Source of the DNA: Escherichia phage vB_EcoM_VR25
Length of the DNA stretch: 64,000 bases
Strand: one strand, 5' to 3'
Sequence record: NC_028925.1
The notes beneath the pieces are model-generated. The model saw nothing but the letters and a program-made list of their open reading frames with translations. It was not told where the DNA came from and made no database searches. Below are positions 8,552 through 17,530 of this stretch, piece by piece (position 1 is the stretch's first letter; every line of letters begins with the position of its first letter). A program made the position numbers and the translations under genes.

Positions 8552-9872
8552 AATATGCGTCGTACCTCGCTCGTGTGATTCCTACATAAGCCAACTGGCT
8601 CGCTAATGAAGCTTCAGCCATATGGATGCATGGAGTATAGATGAATGCTTTGTTTACTGAAACACCCTGCGCCTTGTGGATTGTACTGACTGGAAGAGCA
8701 CGAACTTTCAAGAAGGTCCGGCGTGCTTTCCAGAAGTCTTTCCACTCTGGACGTTTACCAGCAGCTTTCATCTGTTTGTATGTATCAGCAACTTTCGCCA
8801 GATATGCCTGGAATTTTGGTTGCTGGTCTTCTGGTAAAACTTTGATACGGTCAACCTGATACTCTTCATCTTCATCAATTGACTCAACTTCCAGGTCCCA
8901 GTAATTAATTACCAACTGGTGCGATTCCCCTTTACAACGGAGAATGGTGGAAGTGTATTTGCAATCCTTGATACGAACCAACTGACCATTATTAAAAATG
9001 GTTTCGCTGAATTTCTTACCTTCAAATTCCAGCTCTTTCATGTGTGGCTCTTGCATAACCAGGACTTCATACGGTAAAAATGCTTTATCCGTTTCATAGA
9101 GCTTGCGACGAATAATATTGTTCAGTTTTTCAACTGATTTATTCGTGTACGCATACATCCTATTTTCCATCAACATATCAGCATCTTTTACATGACTGAA
9201 ATAGTTTACCATGAAATCCTTTAAAGCGGTTTGTGAGGTGAAACCTTGTACACCATGACCTTCATACATGCAATCACGGAACCAACCACCGTTACGAATT
9301 TCTGTCGCCACTTCAATGATAGGAGCATTGCTTCGCATGACCTCAGTCAGATGAATCTGTTTGAACTTAGGATGCGTAAAGAATGGACTTATCTTTTGCT
9401 GTGTGCTTCCCGGGTCAACTGGCTGCAGCTGGTGCATATCACCAATCCCAAGAATGGTACACCACTCTGGAACAGAGTTGCAAATAATCTTAAACAGAGG
9501 CCCGTCATACATACTTGCTTCATCACAAATCAGAACATTACATTTTGACATATCAGGCATTTCGCGCTGTTCAAAAATGTTTTGGTCTTCATATGTGGTC
9601 GGGTTAATCTTCAGGATGCTATGGATTGTATTCGCTGTTTGACCAGACAATTTGGATAAAACCTTTTTTGCCTGGTGAGTTGGTGCAGCGAGCACAATTC
9701 CCAAAACTCCATTACGCACCAGGTGGTCAATGACAAATTTTGTCAGAGTAGTCTTACCTGTACCAGCTGGACCATTCAGAGTGATACATTCCCCTGAACG
9801 TCGCTGAATAGCTTCAGTGATATAATCAAAAGCTTCTTTTTGTCCTTTGTTCAAGTCTTCAAATTTAATCAT
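8544..9872 (-). CDS. dda: Dda SF1 DNA helicase, 442 aa
   Basis: Walker A GPAGTGKTT and SF1 helicase motifs; size and position match T4 Dda. Confidence 0.9.
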   Translation of the reverse strand: MIKFEDLNKGQKEAFDYITEAIQRRSGECITLNGPAGTGKTTLTKFVIDHLVRNGVLGIVLAAPTHQAKKVLSKLSGQTANTIHSILKINPTTYEDQNIFEQREMPDMSKCNVLICDEASMYDGPLFKIICNSVPEWCTILGIGDMHQLQPVDPGSTQQKISPFFTHPKFKQIHLTEVMRSNAPIIEVATEIRNGGWFRDCMYEGHGVQGFTSQTALKDFMVNYFSHVKDADMLMENRMYAYTNKSVEKLNNIIRRKLYETDKAFLPYEVLVMQEPHMKELEFEGKKFSETIFNNGQLVRIKDCKYTSTILRCKGESHQLVINYWDLEVESIDEDEEYQVDRIKVLPEDQQPKFQAYLAKVADTYKQMKAAGKRPEWKDFWKARRTFLKVRALPVSTIHKAQGVSVNKAFIYTPCIHMAEASLASQLAYVGITRARYDAYYV

Positions 9873-10168
9873 GCCAATTTTACTCGCTTAACATATAAAG
9901 TATCTAAAACTAATTTCAATTCTCGTGCGTGTTCTTCAGTAGGAAAAACAGTTTTTGTTTCACGCTTATCAAACCACCATTTCCTGGGAATATACCGTGT
10001 TTCAATACGTCCCATGCGTAAATAGCGGTTTGTAGTATATGAATAGTTGGCAAGTTCATAATCTGCGCCAGCTTTTGTGGTGTATAAGGTCACCTTTCCA
10101 TCATACTCCAATGGGTGTTCAAAACCATCTTTATCTTTGTGGACCAGCACATATGCGTAGTACATCAC
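9869..10168 (-). CDS. hypothetical protein, 99 aa (position of T4 dda.1)
   Basis: ATGA-coupled ORF upstream of dda. Confidence 0.5.
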   Translation of the reverse strand: MMYYAYVLVHKDKDGFEHPLEYDGKVTLYTTKAGADYELANYSYTTNRYLRMGRIETRYIPRKWWFDKRETKTVFPTEEHARELKLVLDTLYVKRVKLA

Positions 10169-10169
10169 A

Positions 10170-10916
10170 TTAACCTCTAATCAGTTTAAAAATTGACGCG
10201 TTCAAAGGTAGACCACGTTTCAGTTTTAATTTACCAATAAAACCAATCTTCTCAAAACGCTCAAGACCTTGAATGATTTTATCATAGCAATCAAAAAGCG
10301 TTTCAGCATTAGTTAATTTCTTGGTAACTTTCCAGTCATTACCCTTGAGCAGGACGTTCAATTTAGTAAGCTCATGACCTTCTGCAATACGGGAACCATC
10401 AATGCGGGCCTTCAGAGCAACCATTTTTAATTGGTTTTCTTTTGACTGCTCTGATTTACTCATTTGGGCATAATGCTTAACGCGATTCCCACGTTTGTGC
10501 TGGATGTTCTTTATATGATTGTATGACTTTTTAATCTGTTCCCATTTTTCTGAAGTCAGATTTAACTTTTCAATCTTCTTAGCAGATGGGCGAGCAATTT
10601 TTACAGCAACATCATCACGACGTTGTTTAAGCTCATCCAGGGACCAATCAGAACGCATGGTATTGTATTTCTTTTTAACAGGAATAACATTACCCTTGAT
10701 ATAACCAATATCATTGTTAAAACGTTCTAATGATAACTTCTCGTCTTCAATAGAGTTATTAAATGCTTCACCGGAATAAGCACAAACTTTTTGGTCAAGA
10801 ATGTTAACCAAGTAATTGAAATCCAGGTTAAAGTCCTTACCACGGCGTTTAGCAGAAGCTTGAGTGTGTTCCAGACGACGTTTAACTTTCAGCGTTTTGG
10901 TTTTTGATAAAGTCAT
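10170..10916 (-). CDS. basic 248-aa protein, positional equivalent of T4 srd
   Basis: Lies between dda.1-like and the ADP-ribosyltransferase genes as srd does in T4; Lys/Arg-rich; contains a degenerate HNH-like segment without the catalytic His. Confidence 0.4.
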   Translation of the reverse strand: MTLSKTKTLKVKRRLEHTQASAKRRGKDFNLDFNYLVNILDQKVCAYSGEAFNNSIEDEKLSLERFNNDIGYIKGNVIPVKKKYNTMRSDWSLDELKQRRDDVAVKIARPSAKKIEKLNLTSEKWEQIKKSYNHIKNIQHKRGNRVKHYAQMSKSEQSKENQLKMVALKARIDGSRIAEGHELTKLNVLLKGNDWKVTKKLTNAETLFDCYDKIIQGLERFEKIGFIGKLKLKRGLPLNASIFKLIRG

Positions 10917-10963
10917 GATATTTTTCTCATCTTACGGACGATTAAATAACTCAGTATGGAATC

Positions 10964-10992
10964 ATTATACACTATTCATCTTTTATGTACAC
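10964..10992 (-). promoter_or_regulatory. early-type promoter (-35 GTGTACA, -10 TGTATAATG) with conserved CCATACTGAGTTA leader
   Basis: Read from sequence; nearly identical cassettes recur at about 20226, 47122 and 47720. Confidence 0.5.
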
Positions 10993-11051
10993 TACTTTTT
11001 CGCCTTTAACGCTTTTATTTTTACCGTGTATAATGGTTCTAAGGTCTTTGG

Positions 11052-11666
11052 TTAATTCAAAACAGTTAAATGCCAAACAGTATACAGGTTATTCAATGGG
11101 TGTGTCTCAATTAAATCTACGCGAAGCGTAGTCCCAGCGGGAAACATAAACTCATCCTCATCATTAACCAGGTGTAAGTTTGACTTCCTGGTTGCTTCTG
11201 GATATGCACCATTGAACTCTTCAGGAGGAGCACCGCAAATCATTTTAAAGATTGCTTCCTGATAGTTATACGCATAAGGTGCATTGTTTATGCAGAAAAT
11301 ATTCCTTGTACCATAGAAGCTATATGATGCGAAATTTCTTGCAACCTGCCAGTCCCTGGAAAAACTCATCACACGATTAAACTCAATTGTTGCACCAACA
11401 TATCTTAAATCTTCCAGGTGTTCCATGGTTTTCTTTGATATACCACGGAACAATGCTGCAGGCGGTGCATTGTTCAGATTGTTGCGGATAATCCTGGTTA
11501 AGTCTTCTTGAATCAGGTCGGGTTTATTTTCCATACACTGCCAGAGTACTGATTGCTCATTATCTGTATAAAGAGCATCAATCTCTGCTTGACATTGGTC
11601 ACGAAAAGACTCACTAGAAGCGGCCGTATCAATAATTCCATTCAAAACGTCATCAGTGTACAGCAT
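11052..11666 (-). CDS. modA: ADP-ribosyltransferase (ModA/ModB family), about 204 aa
   Basis: R-S-E signature read in ALFRG ... SFSRDW ... EDEFMFP; start set at an internal ATG after the conserved leader; modA versus modB assignment is positional only. Confidence 0.6.
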   Translation of the reverse strand: MLYTDDVLNGIIDTAASSESFRDQCQAEIDALYTDNEQSVLWQCMENKPDLIQEDLTRIIRNNLNNAPPAALFRGISKKTMEHLEDLRYVGATIEFNRVMSFSRDWQVARNFASYSFYGTRNIFCINNAPYAYNYQEAIFKMICGAPPEEFNGAYPEATRKSNLHLVNDEDEFMFPAGTTLRVDLIETHPLNNLYTVWHLTVLN

Positions 11667-11694
11667 TTTATTATCCTCATCAGTAGTTGATAAA

Positions 11695-11728
11695 AACATC
11701 TTAACGTGTCTTATTGTTCTTGTACACA
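11695..11728 (-). promoter_or_regulatory. early-type promoter (-35 GTGTACA) with CAACTACTGATGAGGA leader
   Basis: Read from the minus strand upstream of the 11052-11666 start. Confidence 0.45.
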
Positions 11729-12271
11729 GTCAAGAACATAATAATCACCAACAAATCCAGCATCAACTATCACGAATTTCTGGTCAACTGGAACAAACCA
11801 TTCAAGCTCAGAATCAATCATGTCCATGTATTCTTCGCGCCTTAACGTTGCTTCCTGTTTGGAACCAGAGGCAGTATTGAAGAATTTCAGTGGAACATCA
11901 AGCGCGAGCTTACGCATCGCATCATGATAACAAAAAGCCTCGGTCTGATTTAATCTGACAATAGTCCTTGTCACATATTCCATTGCAGCAAAATCCCTGG
12001 CAATGCCATAGTCTTCTGTAAAGGAAGTTATTCTTCCAAATTCAAAAGGTTGCATTGATTCTTTTGCTTCATCTAACAAATCAATCTCTTGCTGGGTAAC
12101 CCCACGATACAAGACTGTATCAGGTACAGATAGCCTTGACTTGATGATTGAGTTGACGTTTGAATGCAAGGTTTTGTCAACCTTTGATGTGCGACATTCA
12201 AACAATGAAGCTATCTCCATTTCGCTAAATTTTAACTGGTTGGGTTCTGTATCAGATTTGATGATGTTCAT
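11711..12271 (-). CDS. modB: ADP-ribosyltransferase (ModA/ModB family), 186 aa
   Basis: LYRGV ... TSFTED ... acidic E-x-E region; paralog of the adjacent gene; assignment positional. Confidence 0.55.
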   Translation of the reverse strand: MNIIKSDTEPNQLKFSEMEIASLFECRTSKVDKTLHSNVNSIIKSRLSVPDTVLYRGVTQQEIDLLDEAKESMQPFEFGRITSFTEDYGIARDFAAMEYVTRTIVRLNQTEAFCYHDAMRKLALDVPLKFFNTASGSKQEATLRREEYMDMIDSELEWFVPVDQKFVIVDAGFVGDYYVLDCVQEQ

Positions 12272-12327
12272 AATGGCCTCTCTGTTGTAAGAAAGGCCAT
12301 TATGTCATTAGGAGGGGAGTAAGTAAA

Positions 12328-12564
12328 CTACTTAAATACTCCAAGTGGGACGCCGAAGATAGCGATGTCTGCGGCCATGCCAATTGGGGATTGGCATGAT
12401 GAGTAAGAACTTTTCGATTCTGTCGGGCGTTTGGCTTTAATTGTCTCGGATTCAATCTTAAGCCTTTGCACACGATTAATTTTTTGTTGCTCGATTTCCT
12501 TATGAGCGTGTTTACGGTCGATATCCTGCGCCGATGTGGGGATATTTGTTAACCAGTTCATCAT
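12328..12564 (-). CDS. hypothetical protein, about 78 aa, hydrophobic C-terminus
   Basis: Start placed at the ATGA overlap with an upstream small ORF. Confidence 0.45.
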   Translation of the reverse strand: MMNWLTNIPTSAQDIDRKHAHKEIEQQKINRVQRLKIESETIKAKRPTESKSSYSSCQSPIGMAADIAIFGVPLGVFK

Positions 12565-12737
12565 TTCCCCCATGGAGCCCACGGCGGTGGGTCGTCGTAA
12601 TATGAGGCCAGGTCGCGTAGAACTTCCATTGGGAGACTAAAACCGTGCTTCTGTATAATCGCATCAAGTTCGTCAACTAGGTCCACACGGGCTTCTGTGT
12701 GAGCTTTAGGCTCTTCAAAAAGTTCAAATAAATCCAT
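12561..12737 (-). CDS. hypothetical acidic protein, about 58 aa (hand-called)
   Basis: Hand translation [20 protein letters not shown]...; TAATG overlap upstream and ATGA overlap downstream; coordinates approximate. Confidence 0.35.
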   Translation of the reverse strand: MDLFELFEEPKAHTEARVDLVDELDAIIQKHGFSLPMEVLRDLASYYDDPPPWAPWGK

Positions 12738-13225
12738 TAGTAGCCACCGATAGGACCGTAACTATACATACGAGCACGTACCTTAGTATCATGCAGGACT
12801 TCTTCTGTTAAAGTAAAGCGCAGCCCGATATCAAAGTGTTTCCAAATCTGACGTTCGACTTCAGTAAGGTCTTCGGTAGTGGAAATCAGATAAGTGCGAC
12901 CTCGAAGACGCTCATTGGAATTCCTGTCAGTATCTTTATAGAAAATATCTGCGGTTCCTTCAGCATAAGGGTCCGGGTGACGATAACCTTTGATATGCAG
13001 GGCTTCAGACACGCTAAAAGGACAACCTTCGGCAACATCAACGTTTTTTCTATGAAATACCTTCATCATGATGTTTTCGGGCAACTTAATATCTTTTAAT
13101 CTTGTTTCCAACTCAGTAACCGAATTCATACCATTGTAAACCATGATAAGACAAGCCGTTGCATCGTAAGGTCGTGTTTGTCCGGCAGAATCACGGACAT
13201 AGAATTCTAATTCATATACTTTCAT
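12737..13225 (-). CDS. hypothetical protein, 162 aa (region of T4 mrh)
   Basis: ORF in the array; identity not recognised from sequence. Confidence 0.45.
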   Translation of the reverse strand: MKVYELEFYVRDSAGQTRPYDATACLIMVYNGMNSVTELETRLKDIKLPENIMMKVFHRKNVDVAEGCPFSVSEALHIKGYRHPDPYAEGTADIFYKDTDRNSNERLRGRTYLISTTEDLTEVERQIWKHFDIGLRFTLTEEVLHDTKVRARMYSYGPIGGY

Positions 13226-13367
13226 AATGTTTTCCTCTTACCGACTAATGGACCATCAGGAACTTTATTTTCCTTGATGTACTTTTCATTTTCTTCCATC
13301 ATTTTACTACCAATTTTCAAAAGCAAATCCAGTGCTTCTTTTGCCCGGCGTTCAGCCTCTTCTTGAG

Positions 13368-13562
13368 TCATGATTTATCCCCGTAGATATCACGCATCAG
13401 TTTAAGCGATGCACGTTCGGTCTTCTTTTCCTGCATGTCTTTAAGCCCGTTAGCAGCCCATTCTTCGGCTTCGCGCTGCATTTCTTCTTCGGCCCGGGCT
13501 ACCCAGGAATCATCAATTCCTGGAGTAACTAACCAATCTTTAAGCCAACTTGTAATTCTCAT
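13368..13562 (-). CDS. hypothetical protein, 64 aa
   Basis: N-terminus [15 protein letters not shown] resembles the N-terminus of the next gene. Confidence 0.45.
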   Translation of the reverse strand: MRITSWLKDWLVTPGIDDSWVARAEEEMQREAEEWAANGLKDMQEKKTERASLKLMRDIYGDKS

Positions 13563-13901
13563 TTAATCACACGAGCTGGAAGACGAATCGCAGCTTCCTG
13601 AATCATAGGATGAATAAGATGAATCACCAGTCCACGAACTAACCGCGGCCGCAGTCACCACAATCGAAGTAGTATCGATATGACTTGTACGGCGAGCATC
13701 CAGATGTTCTTTTAACTTTTTAGAATTCAACGGCAATGCACCTACGCCAACATTACCAGCTTTTTCTGGTTGACGAATAACTTCTTCCATCATACCATCA
13801 CCCATGTAAACATATTCTCTTAGTTTTACATCCGATGGCGCGATAGGAACTACACCTTCACCTGGTTTAGTCTTGAATAAATTCTTGAGCCAACTAATCA
13901 T
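13563..13901 (-). CDS. hypothetical protein, 112 aa, Ser-rich C-terminal tail
   Basis: N-terminus MISWLKNLFKTKPG paralogous to 13368-13562; ends SSYSSYDSGSCDSSSSSCD. Confidence 0.45.
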   Translation of the reverse strand: MISWLKNLFKTKPGEGVVPIAPSDVKLREYVYMGDGMMEEVIRQPEKAGNVGVGALPLNSKKLKEHLDARRTSHIDTTSIVVTAAAVSSWTGDSSYSSYDSGSCDSSSSSCD

Positions 13902-14115
13902 AGGAAACCTCGTTTAAATTCAACTTTACCATCATCACAACGGATTTCAATATTGAACAACGGATTTCAATATTGAATTCTAAAGAATCATCATCGTGCA
14001 TCATGAATGAATGTACGATAACCTCATCAAACACACCCAGGCCATACTTAAAATGGACATCATGAGCAATAATTTCATCTAAAGCTTTGTTTGGTTTAAT
14101 CCAACGGTTTAACAT
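13894..14115 (-). CDS. hypothetical protein, 73 aa, C-terminus altered by a 20-bp tandem duplication
   Basis: Direct repeat at 13938-13977 shifts the frame; the single-copy frame would end in a TGA overlapping the next ATG. Confidence 0.4.
   Translation of the reverse strand: MLNRWIKPNKALDEIIAHDVHFKYGLGVFDEVIVHSFMMHDDDSLEFNIEIRCSILKSVVMMVKLNLNEVSYD
13938..13977. repeat. perfect 20-bp direct tandem duplication (caacggatttcaatattgaa x2)
   Basis: Two adjacent identical 20-mers read directly from sequence, inside ORF 13894-14115. Confidence 0.9.
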
Positions 14116-14169
14116 AGTATTCTCCTCTGTAATTGAAATAATTATACCATCTCTATTAAAAGCAAAAAA

Positions 14170-14187
14170 GGGAACCCGAAGGTTCCC
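14170..14187 (-). terminator. stem-loop gggaacc-cgaa-ggttccc with T-run on the minus strand
   Basis: Inverted repeat with UUCG-type loop and flanking A/T runs, downstream of soc. Confidence 0.55.
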
Positions 14188-14192
14188 TTTAA

Positions 14193-14426
14193 TTAAACAA
14201 TATCAGTCGGCGTAAACATTGCCTCGTTTTTGGTCTTCCAGTCAGCAGCATCAGTGACTACAGTTGAGTAGGCCGCTACCGCCGAAGGGAAAGTCTGATA
14301 ATGAGCATTAGCAATACGATGCGCATTAGAATAGATTTCAAACGGAACTGAAACCTCGGTACCTTTAACTTCTTTACCTTCACCAGCTGCATGCGTAAAG
14401 GTTTTGATATTAACGAAACCACCCAT
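14193..14426 (-). CDS. soc: small outer capsid protein Soc, 77 aa
   Basis: Motifs VNIKTF ... AHYQTFPS ... AAYSTV match T4 Soc by recall. Confidence 0.85.
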   Translation of the reverse strand: MGGFVNIKTFTHAAGEGKEVKGTEVSVPFEIYSNAHRIANAHYQTFPSAVAAYSTVVTDAADWKTKNEAMFTPTDIV

Positions 14427-14462
14427 AATAACTCCTTTGTTGTTTAATTACAGGTGTATTTA

Positions 14463-14678
14463 TTACGCATATTTCTTATCAATATAAAAATGACCGCCAC
14501 CTTTGATAAAGACCCAGAATAGATTTCTATCGTCTGTATCCCGACAGTAAAAATCATCTAACTGGAAATAGTTTTCTTCAGGGAATTCAAGATGTCGGCC
14601 GAGTTCTATTGCATCAGAACCGAACGCTTTAGTAGCGGGACGACCGTCATCGTCCCATTTCTTGAAATTGAATTTCAT
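14463..14678 (-). CDS. hypothetical protein, 71 aa (position of soc.1)
   Basis: ORF in the array. Confidence 0.45.
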   Translation of the reverse strand: MKFNFKKWDDDGRPATKAFGSDAIELGRHLEFPEENYFQLDDFYCRDTDDRNLFWVFIKGGGHFYIDKKYA

Positions 14679-14887
14679 TTTGAGTGCTCAGCAATCAGTT
14701 TTAAAGTCTCTTCATTAACCCAATCGAACATGTGCATATGGTCGGATTTAACCGTAATCAATTGAGTAATATGACGGAGCTGATTAGCTAAGAGCTCTTC
14801 AACGAGCTCGTGGTCAGCATTTTTAATTAACCATTCTGCTCTCTTCTTACGAGCTTTCTTAAGCTGACGTTTATTTAAACGAGACAT
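14675..14887 (-). CDS. hypothetical basic protein, 70 aa (position of soc.2)
   Basis: ATGA/TAATG-coupled ORF. Confidence 0.45.
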   Translation of the reverse strand: MSRLNKRQLKKARKKRAEWLIKNADHELVEELLANQLRHITQLITVKSDHMHMFDWVNEETLKLIAEHSK

Positions 14888-15408
14888 TAATAACCTCGGT
14901 CCTGACGAGCAAAGTTCTCAGCATTTTTCAGGTAATACAATTTAAAGATTTCTTCAGCCGTAAGACCAAGGCCCTGGAACATATTCAGAACAAAGTGCAG
15001 AATATCAATCATTTCAAATTTAATTTCGAGCTGGTCTTCAGGAGACAAATCGTTAATCAGGGTTTGTTGCATTTCGCCATGCTGCGCTTTCCATGGTTTC
15101 CATACTGCAGATGCAGCTTTCTCACCATTAGACATGCCACCTAATGCAGTAATCAGTTCACGGAATTCATCATCGATATAATCTTTCTGGTTGCGGAGCC
15201 AGGTAACAACTTCGCCAGCAGTCGCCAGATTATCAGGGTGTTCGTTATATTCTGGTTTTTCTTTTGCTAAACGAACCTGCAATGATTTCTGCATATCAAG
15301 CATTACTTGCAGTGGGTCTTTATCTTCGTGAATCAGAGCATTAAAATATGCTTCTTCGGCTTTGTCAACACCAGCAATCAGTTGTGAACATTCATTAAAA
15401 TGTGCCAT
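14887..15408 (-). CDS. 56: dCTPase/dUTPase-type nucleotide pyrophosphohydrolase (gp56-like), 173 aa
   Basis: Size and position match T4 gp56; all-alpha MazG-like composition. Confidence 0.7.
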   Translation of the reverse strand: MAHFNECSQLIAGVDKAEEAYFNALIHEDKDPLQVMLDMQKSLQVRLAKEKPEYNEHPDNLATAGEVVTWLRNQKDYIDDEFRELITALGGMSNGEKAASAVWKPWKAQHGEMQQTLINDLSPEDQLEIKFEMIDILHFVLNMFQGLGLTAEEIFKLYYLKNAENFARQDRGY

Positions 15409-15490
15409 TATTTTTCCTTATCAATTCATGTTGTTTGTATGTTAATTATATCATATTGAGTTGAAGCATAAATAAAAGAAAGGAGGATGT

Positions 15491-15688
15491 ATGCTAAAAC
15501 TATCTAGTCTAATTCAAGCCATTAAAGGCAGTCGTAAGCGAACGATTTTGGCCCTTTCGATACTCTGTTCAGTTCTTTTATGGAACTTCATTGTTGCCCC
15601 TATTGCATTGGCACATGGTCTTGTGCTTCCAGTCGTTGCCTTCGAATCAGTTGTAGATGTTTCACTGGCATTAATCGGCCTTATATAG
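15491..15688 (+). CDS. small hydrophobic membrane protein, 65 aa
   Basis: AAGGAGG Shine-Dalgarno 4 nt upstream of the ATG; plus strand in a minus-strand region; paralog of the next ORF. Confidence 0.5.
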   Translation: MLKLSSLIQAIKGSRKRTILALSILCSVLLWNFIVAPIALAHGLVLPVVAFESVVDVSLALIGLI

Positions 15689-15696
15689 GTGGAACT

Positions 15697-15897
15697 ATGG
15701 GAACATTATTCTATCAGATATGGAAATTAACCAGTAAGAAAGACAAGAAGCTTATCATGGGATTTTTAGCTCTTGATATTTTCCTGTGGAACTTACTGGT
15801 TGTACCTATCGCCGCAACACAAGGGGTACACTTACCCCAGGTCACAATGGGGCATATCCATTCCATCATCGGTTACTTTACCGGAATCCCTTCCTAA
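15697..15897 (+). CDS. small hydrophobic membrane protein, 66 aa, paralog of 15491-15688
   Basis: AGGTGG Shine-Dalgarno; shared motif FLWN(F/L)(I/L)V(A/V)PIA ... G(L/V)xLP. Confidence 0.5.
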   Translation: MGTLFYQIWKLTSKKDKKLIMGFLALDIFLWNLLVVPIAATQGVHLPQVTMGHIHSIIGYFTGIPS

Positions 15898-16922
15898 ACT
15901 TTTGCGTACTTCGAAAGTCGCATTCTTGCCATCAACCCTTGGGCAACGTTATCAGCCATATATGATTCGATTTGTTCAGGGGTTGCCCCTTCTGATTTAA
16001 CCATCTCATTTATGTCTTTTGTGTGCCACGGCGCATTATCCCAGAACATAACGGCTTCACCAGCCTCAACGAGTTTCTTCATACGTTTAATCGTATCAGG
16101 ATGTCTTGGCTCGTTGTCCATTACCCATACTCTGGTTTCAGCATAAGGAACCGCTTCCAATGACAATGTGCCGCCAGTTATCGCAATGCTGTTAGGGATA
16201 AACAAACTATCAATCGGACCTTCCATTACCCACACGCGCTTACGCTCATCAATCTTGTCTACCCCGTAGACTTTGGAAGCTTCTGGGTGGGCTTTGATGG
16301 TGATATATTTTTGTGGTGCATCTTTGCGAAGAGCTCGTCCTTGGAAAGATTCGATTTCTTTTTTGCCGTTGAAGATAGGAATAACCAAGCGTGGTTCATT
16401 CGTTTCATTCTTATACGTCCCAGGATTAACGGAGTTAACTAATGCAGGCCATTTGTTTGTAAACCATAGCCGGTCCCAAACACCAGCCGGAATACACCGA
16501 CTTTTTACATACTTAACTATCGGATGCGCTTCTGGTAAAGTATCGAGTCTTTCACAAAAAGCAAGCTGCTCGATAACCGGAGTTTTTTCTGGTTCTTTCG
16601 GAGTTTCTGCAACTTCAGTACGTTGTCGACCAAAGGCATTCTCCTTGTACTTCTCGACCATATATTCCCGGTGTAAATCTGGCTCAAACTCTTTTATGTA
16701 TTTGCTTATATGAGTGGAGTAGTCACAGTTAAAACATTTCACATAAACTGCACCATCAGCCGGATTGGTATACGCCCAGAATCGGGCCTTATGTGAATCC
16801 TTCTGGGAGTCGCCACAAACTTTACATCTGCAGTTTGCCTTAAATGTGCTCCCGGTGACTTCTCTATAACGTGGTTGATACGATAAAGCTCTGACCGCAA
16901 ATTCTTTATCAATATATGACAT
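15894..16922 (-). CDS. 61: DNA primase gp61, 342 aa
   Basis: Zinc-ribbon CxxC...CxxC and primase core; same length as T4 gp61. Confidence 0.9.
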   Translation of the reverse strand: MSYIDKEFAVRALSYQPRYREVTGSTFKANCRCKVCGDSQKDSHKARFWAYTNPADGAVYVKCFNCDYSTHISKYIKEFEPDLHREYMVEKYKENAFGRQRTEVAETPKEPEKTPVIEQLAFCERLDTLPEAHPIVKYVKSRCIPAGVWDRLWFTNKWPALVNSVNPGTYKNETNEPRLVIPIFNGKKEIESFQGRALRKDAPQKYITIKAHPEASKVYGVDKIDERKRVWVMEGPIDSLFIPNSIAITGGTLSLEAVPYAETRVWVMDNEPRHPDTIKRMKKLVEAGEAVMFWDNAPWHTKDINEMVKSEGATPEQIESYMADNVAQGLMARMRLSKYAKV

Positions 16923-17141
16923 AGTTTCCTCATTTCAATGGCCCCGGAGGACCATTATACTGTAGGTTTATCGTCTTTGTTCTTACGCTTTTTTGATGGG
17001 ATTTGTTCAGGGCCTTTATTGACAACTGCCCCGGAAGTGGTACCTGTTGCGATATTAGTTGGGTTTCCGCCAGCGTCACCGGCAACCATATCTTCGTTGA
17101 TAAAATCTTTGAATGTTTTCATAACACCCCCTTTCCGCTAT

Positions 17142-17333
17142 TTATACAACGAAGATGGCTTTATCACCATTTGCATCAGTCACTTCATAAGTGTCTTCAT
17201 GATACAACGGAATAATCCAGGTAACACCATCATCAGCAATAACATGGATTGCTTCTTGGTCTTGCGACACGATTTCATATTCTTCAAAAATCTCGAATAC
17301 GGAAATCTTAGAGCCCGTACACATTGCACTCAT
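17142..17333 (-). CDS. hypothetical acidic protein, 63 aa
   Basis: ORF in the array. Confidence 0.4.
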   Translation of the reverse strand: MSAMCTGSKISVFEIFEEYEIVSQDQEAIHVIADDGVTWIIPLYHEDTYEVTDANGDKAIFVV

Positions 17334-17529
17334 ATTGTTCCCTTCTTTTAATCAGTTGGCGATGTGCCTTTTTAAGCTTACGAATCTGACGTTTGGTTGG
17401 TCGTGCAACGTAAGCTTGTGTAGTTACTCGTCCGAAAACTCCATACTTGGGAGACGGAGTATCAATGAAGACTTCCCATTGGCAAGAGTAGCTATATGTT
17501 GCTTTAGAAAATTGAGTTAAAACAAACAT
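17308..17529 (-). CDS. small basic protein with RPTKRQIRKLKKAHR motif, 73 aa
   Basis: Motif shared with 18685-18981 and 41096-41272. Confidence 0.5.
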   Translation of the reverse strand: MFVLTQFSKATYSYSCQWEVFIDTPSPKYGVFGRVTTQAYVARPTKRQIRKLKKAHRQLIKRREQYECNVYGL

Positions 17530-17530
17530 A

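Noticed and set aside
10170-10916. HNH homing endonuclease call for the 248-aa protein
   Set aside because: A stretch (CAYSGEAF ... ERFNNDIGYIKGNV) resembles an HNH core, but the catalytic His is absent and the gene sits where T4 has srd; kept as srd-like with low confidence
16938-17351. 137-aa plus-strand ORF
   Set aside because: Overlaps several minus-strand small genes and the gene 61 upstream region; no Shine-Dalgarno; unlike the two plus-strand ORFs at 15491-15897, which have strong ribosome-binding sites
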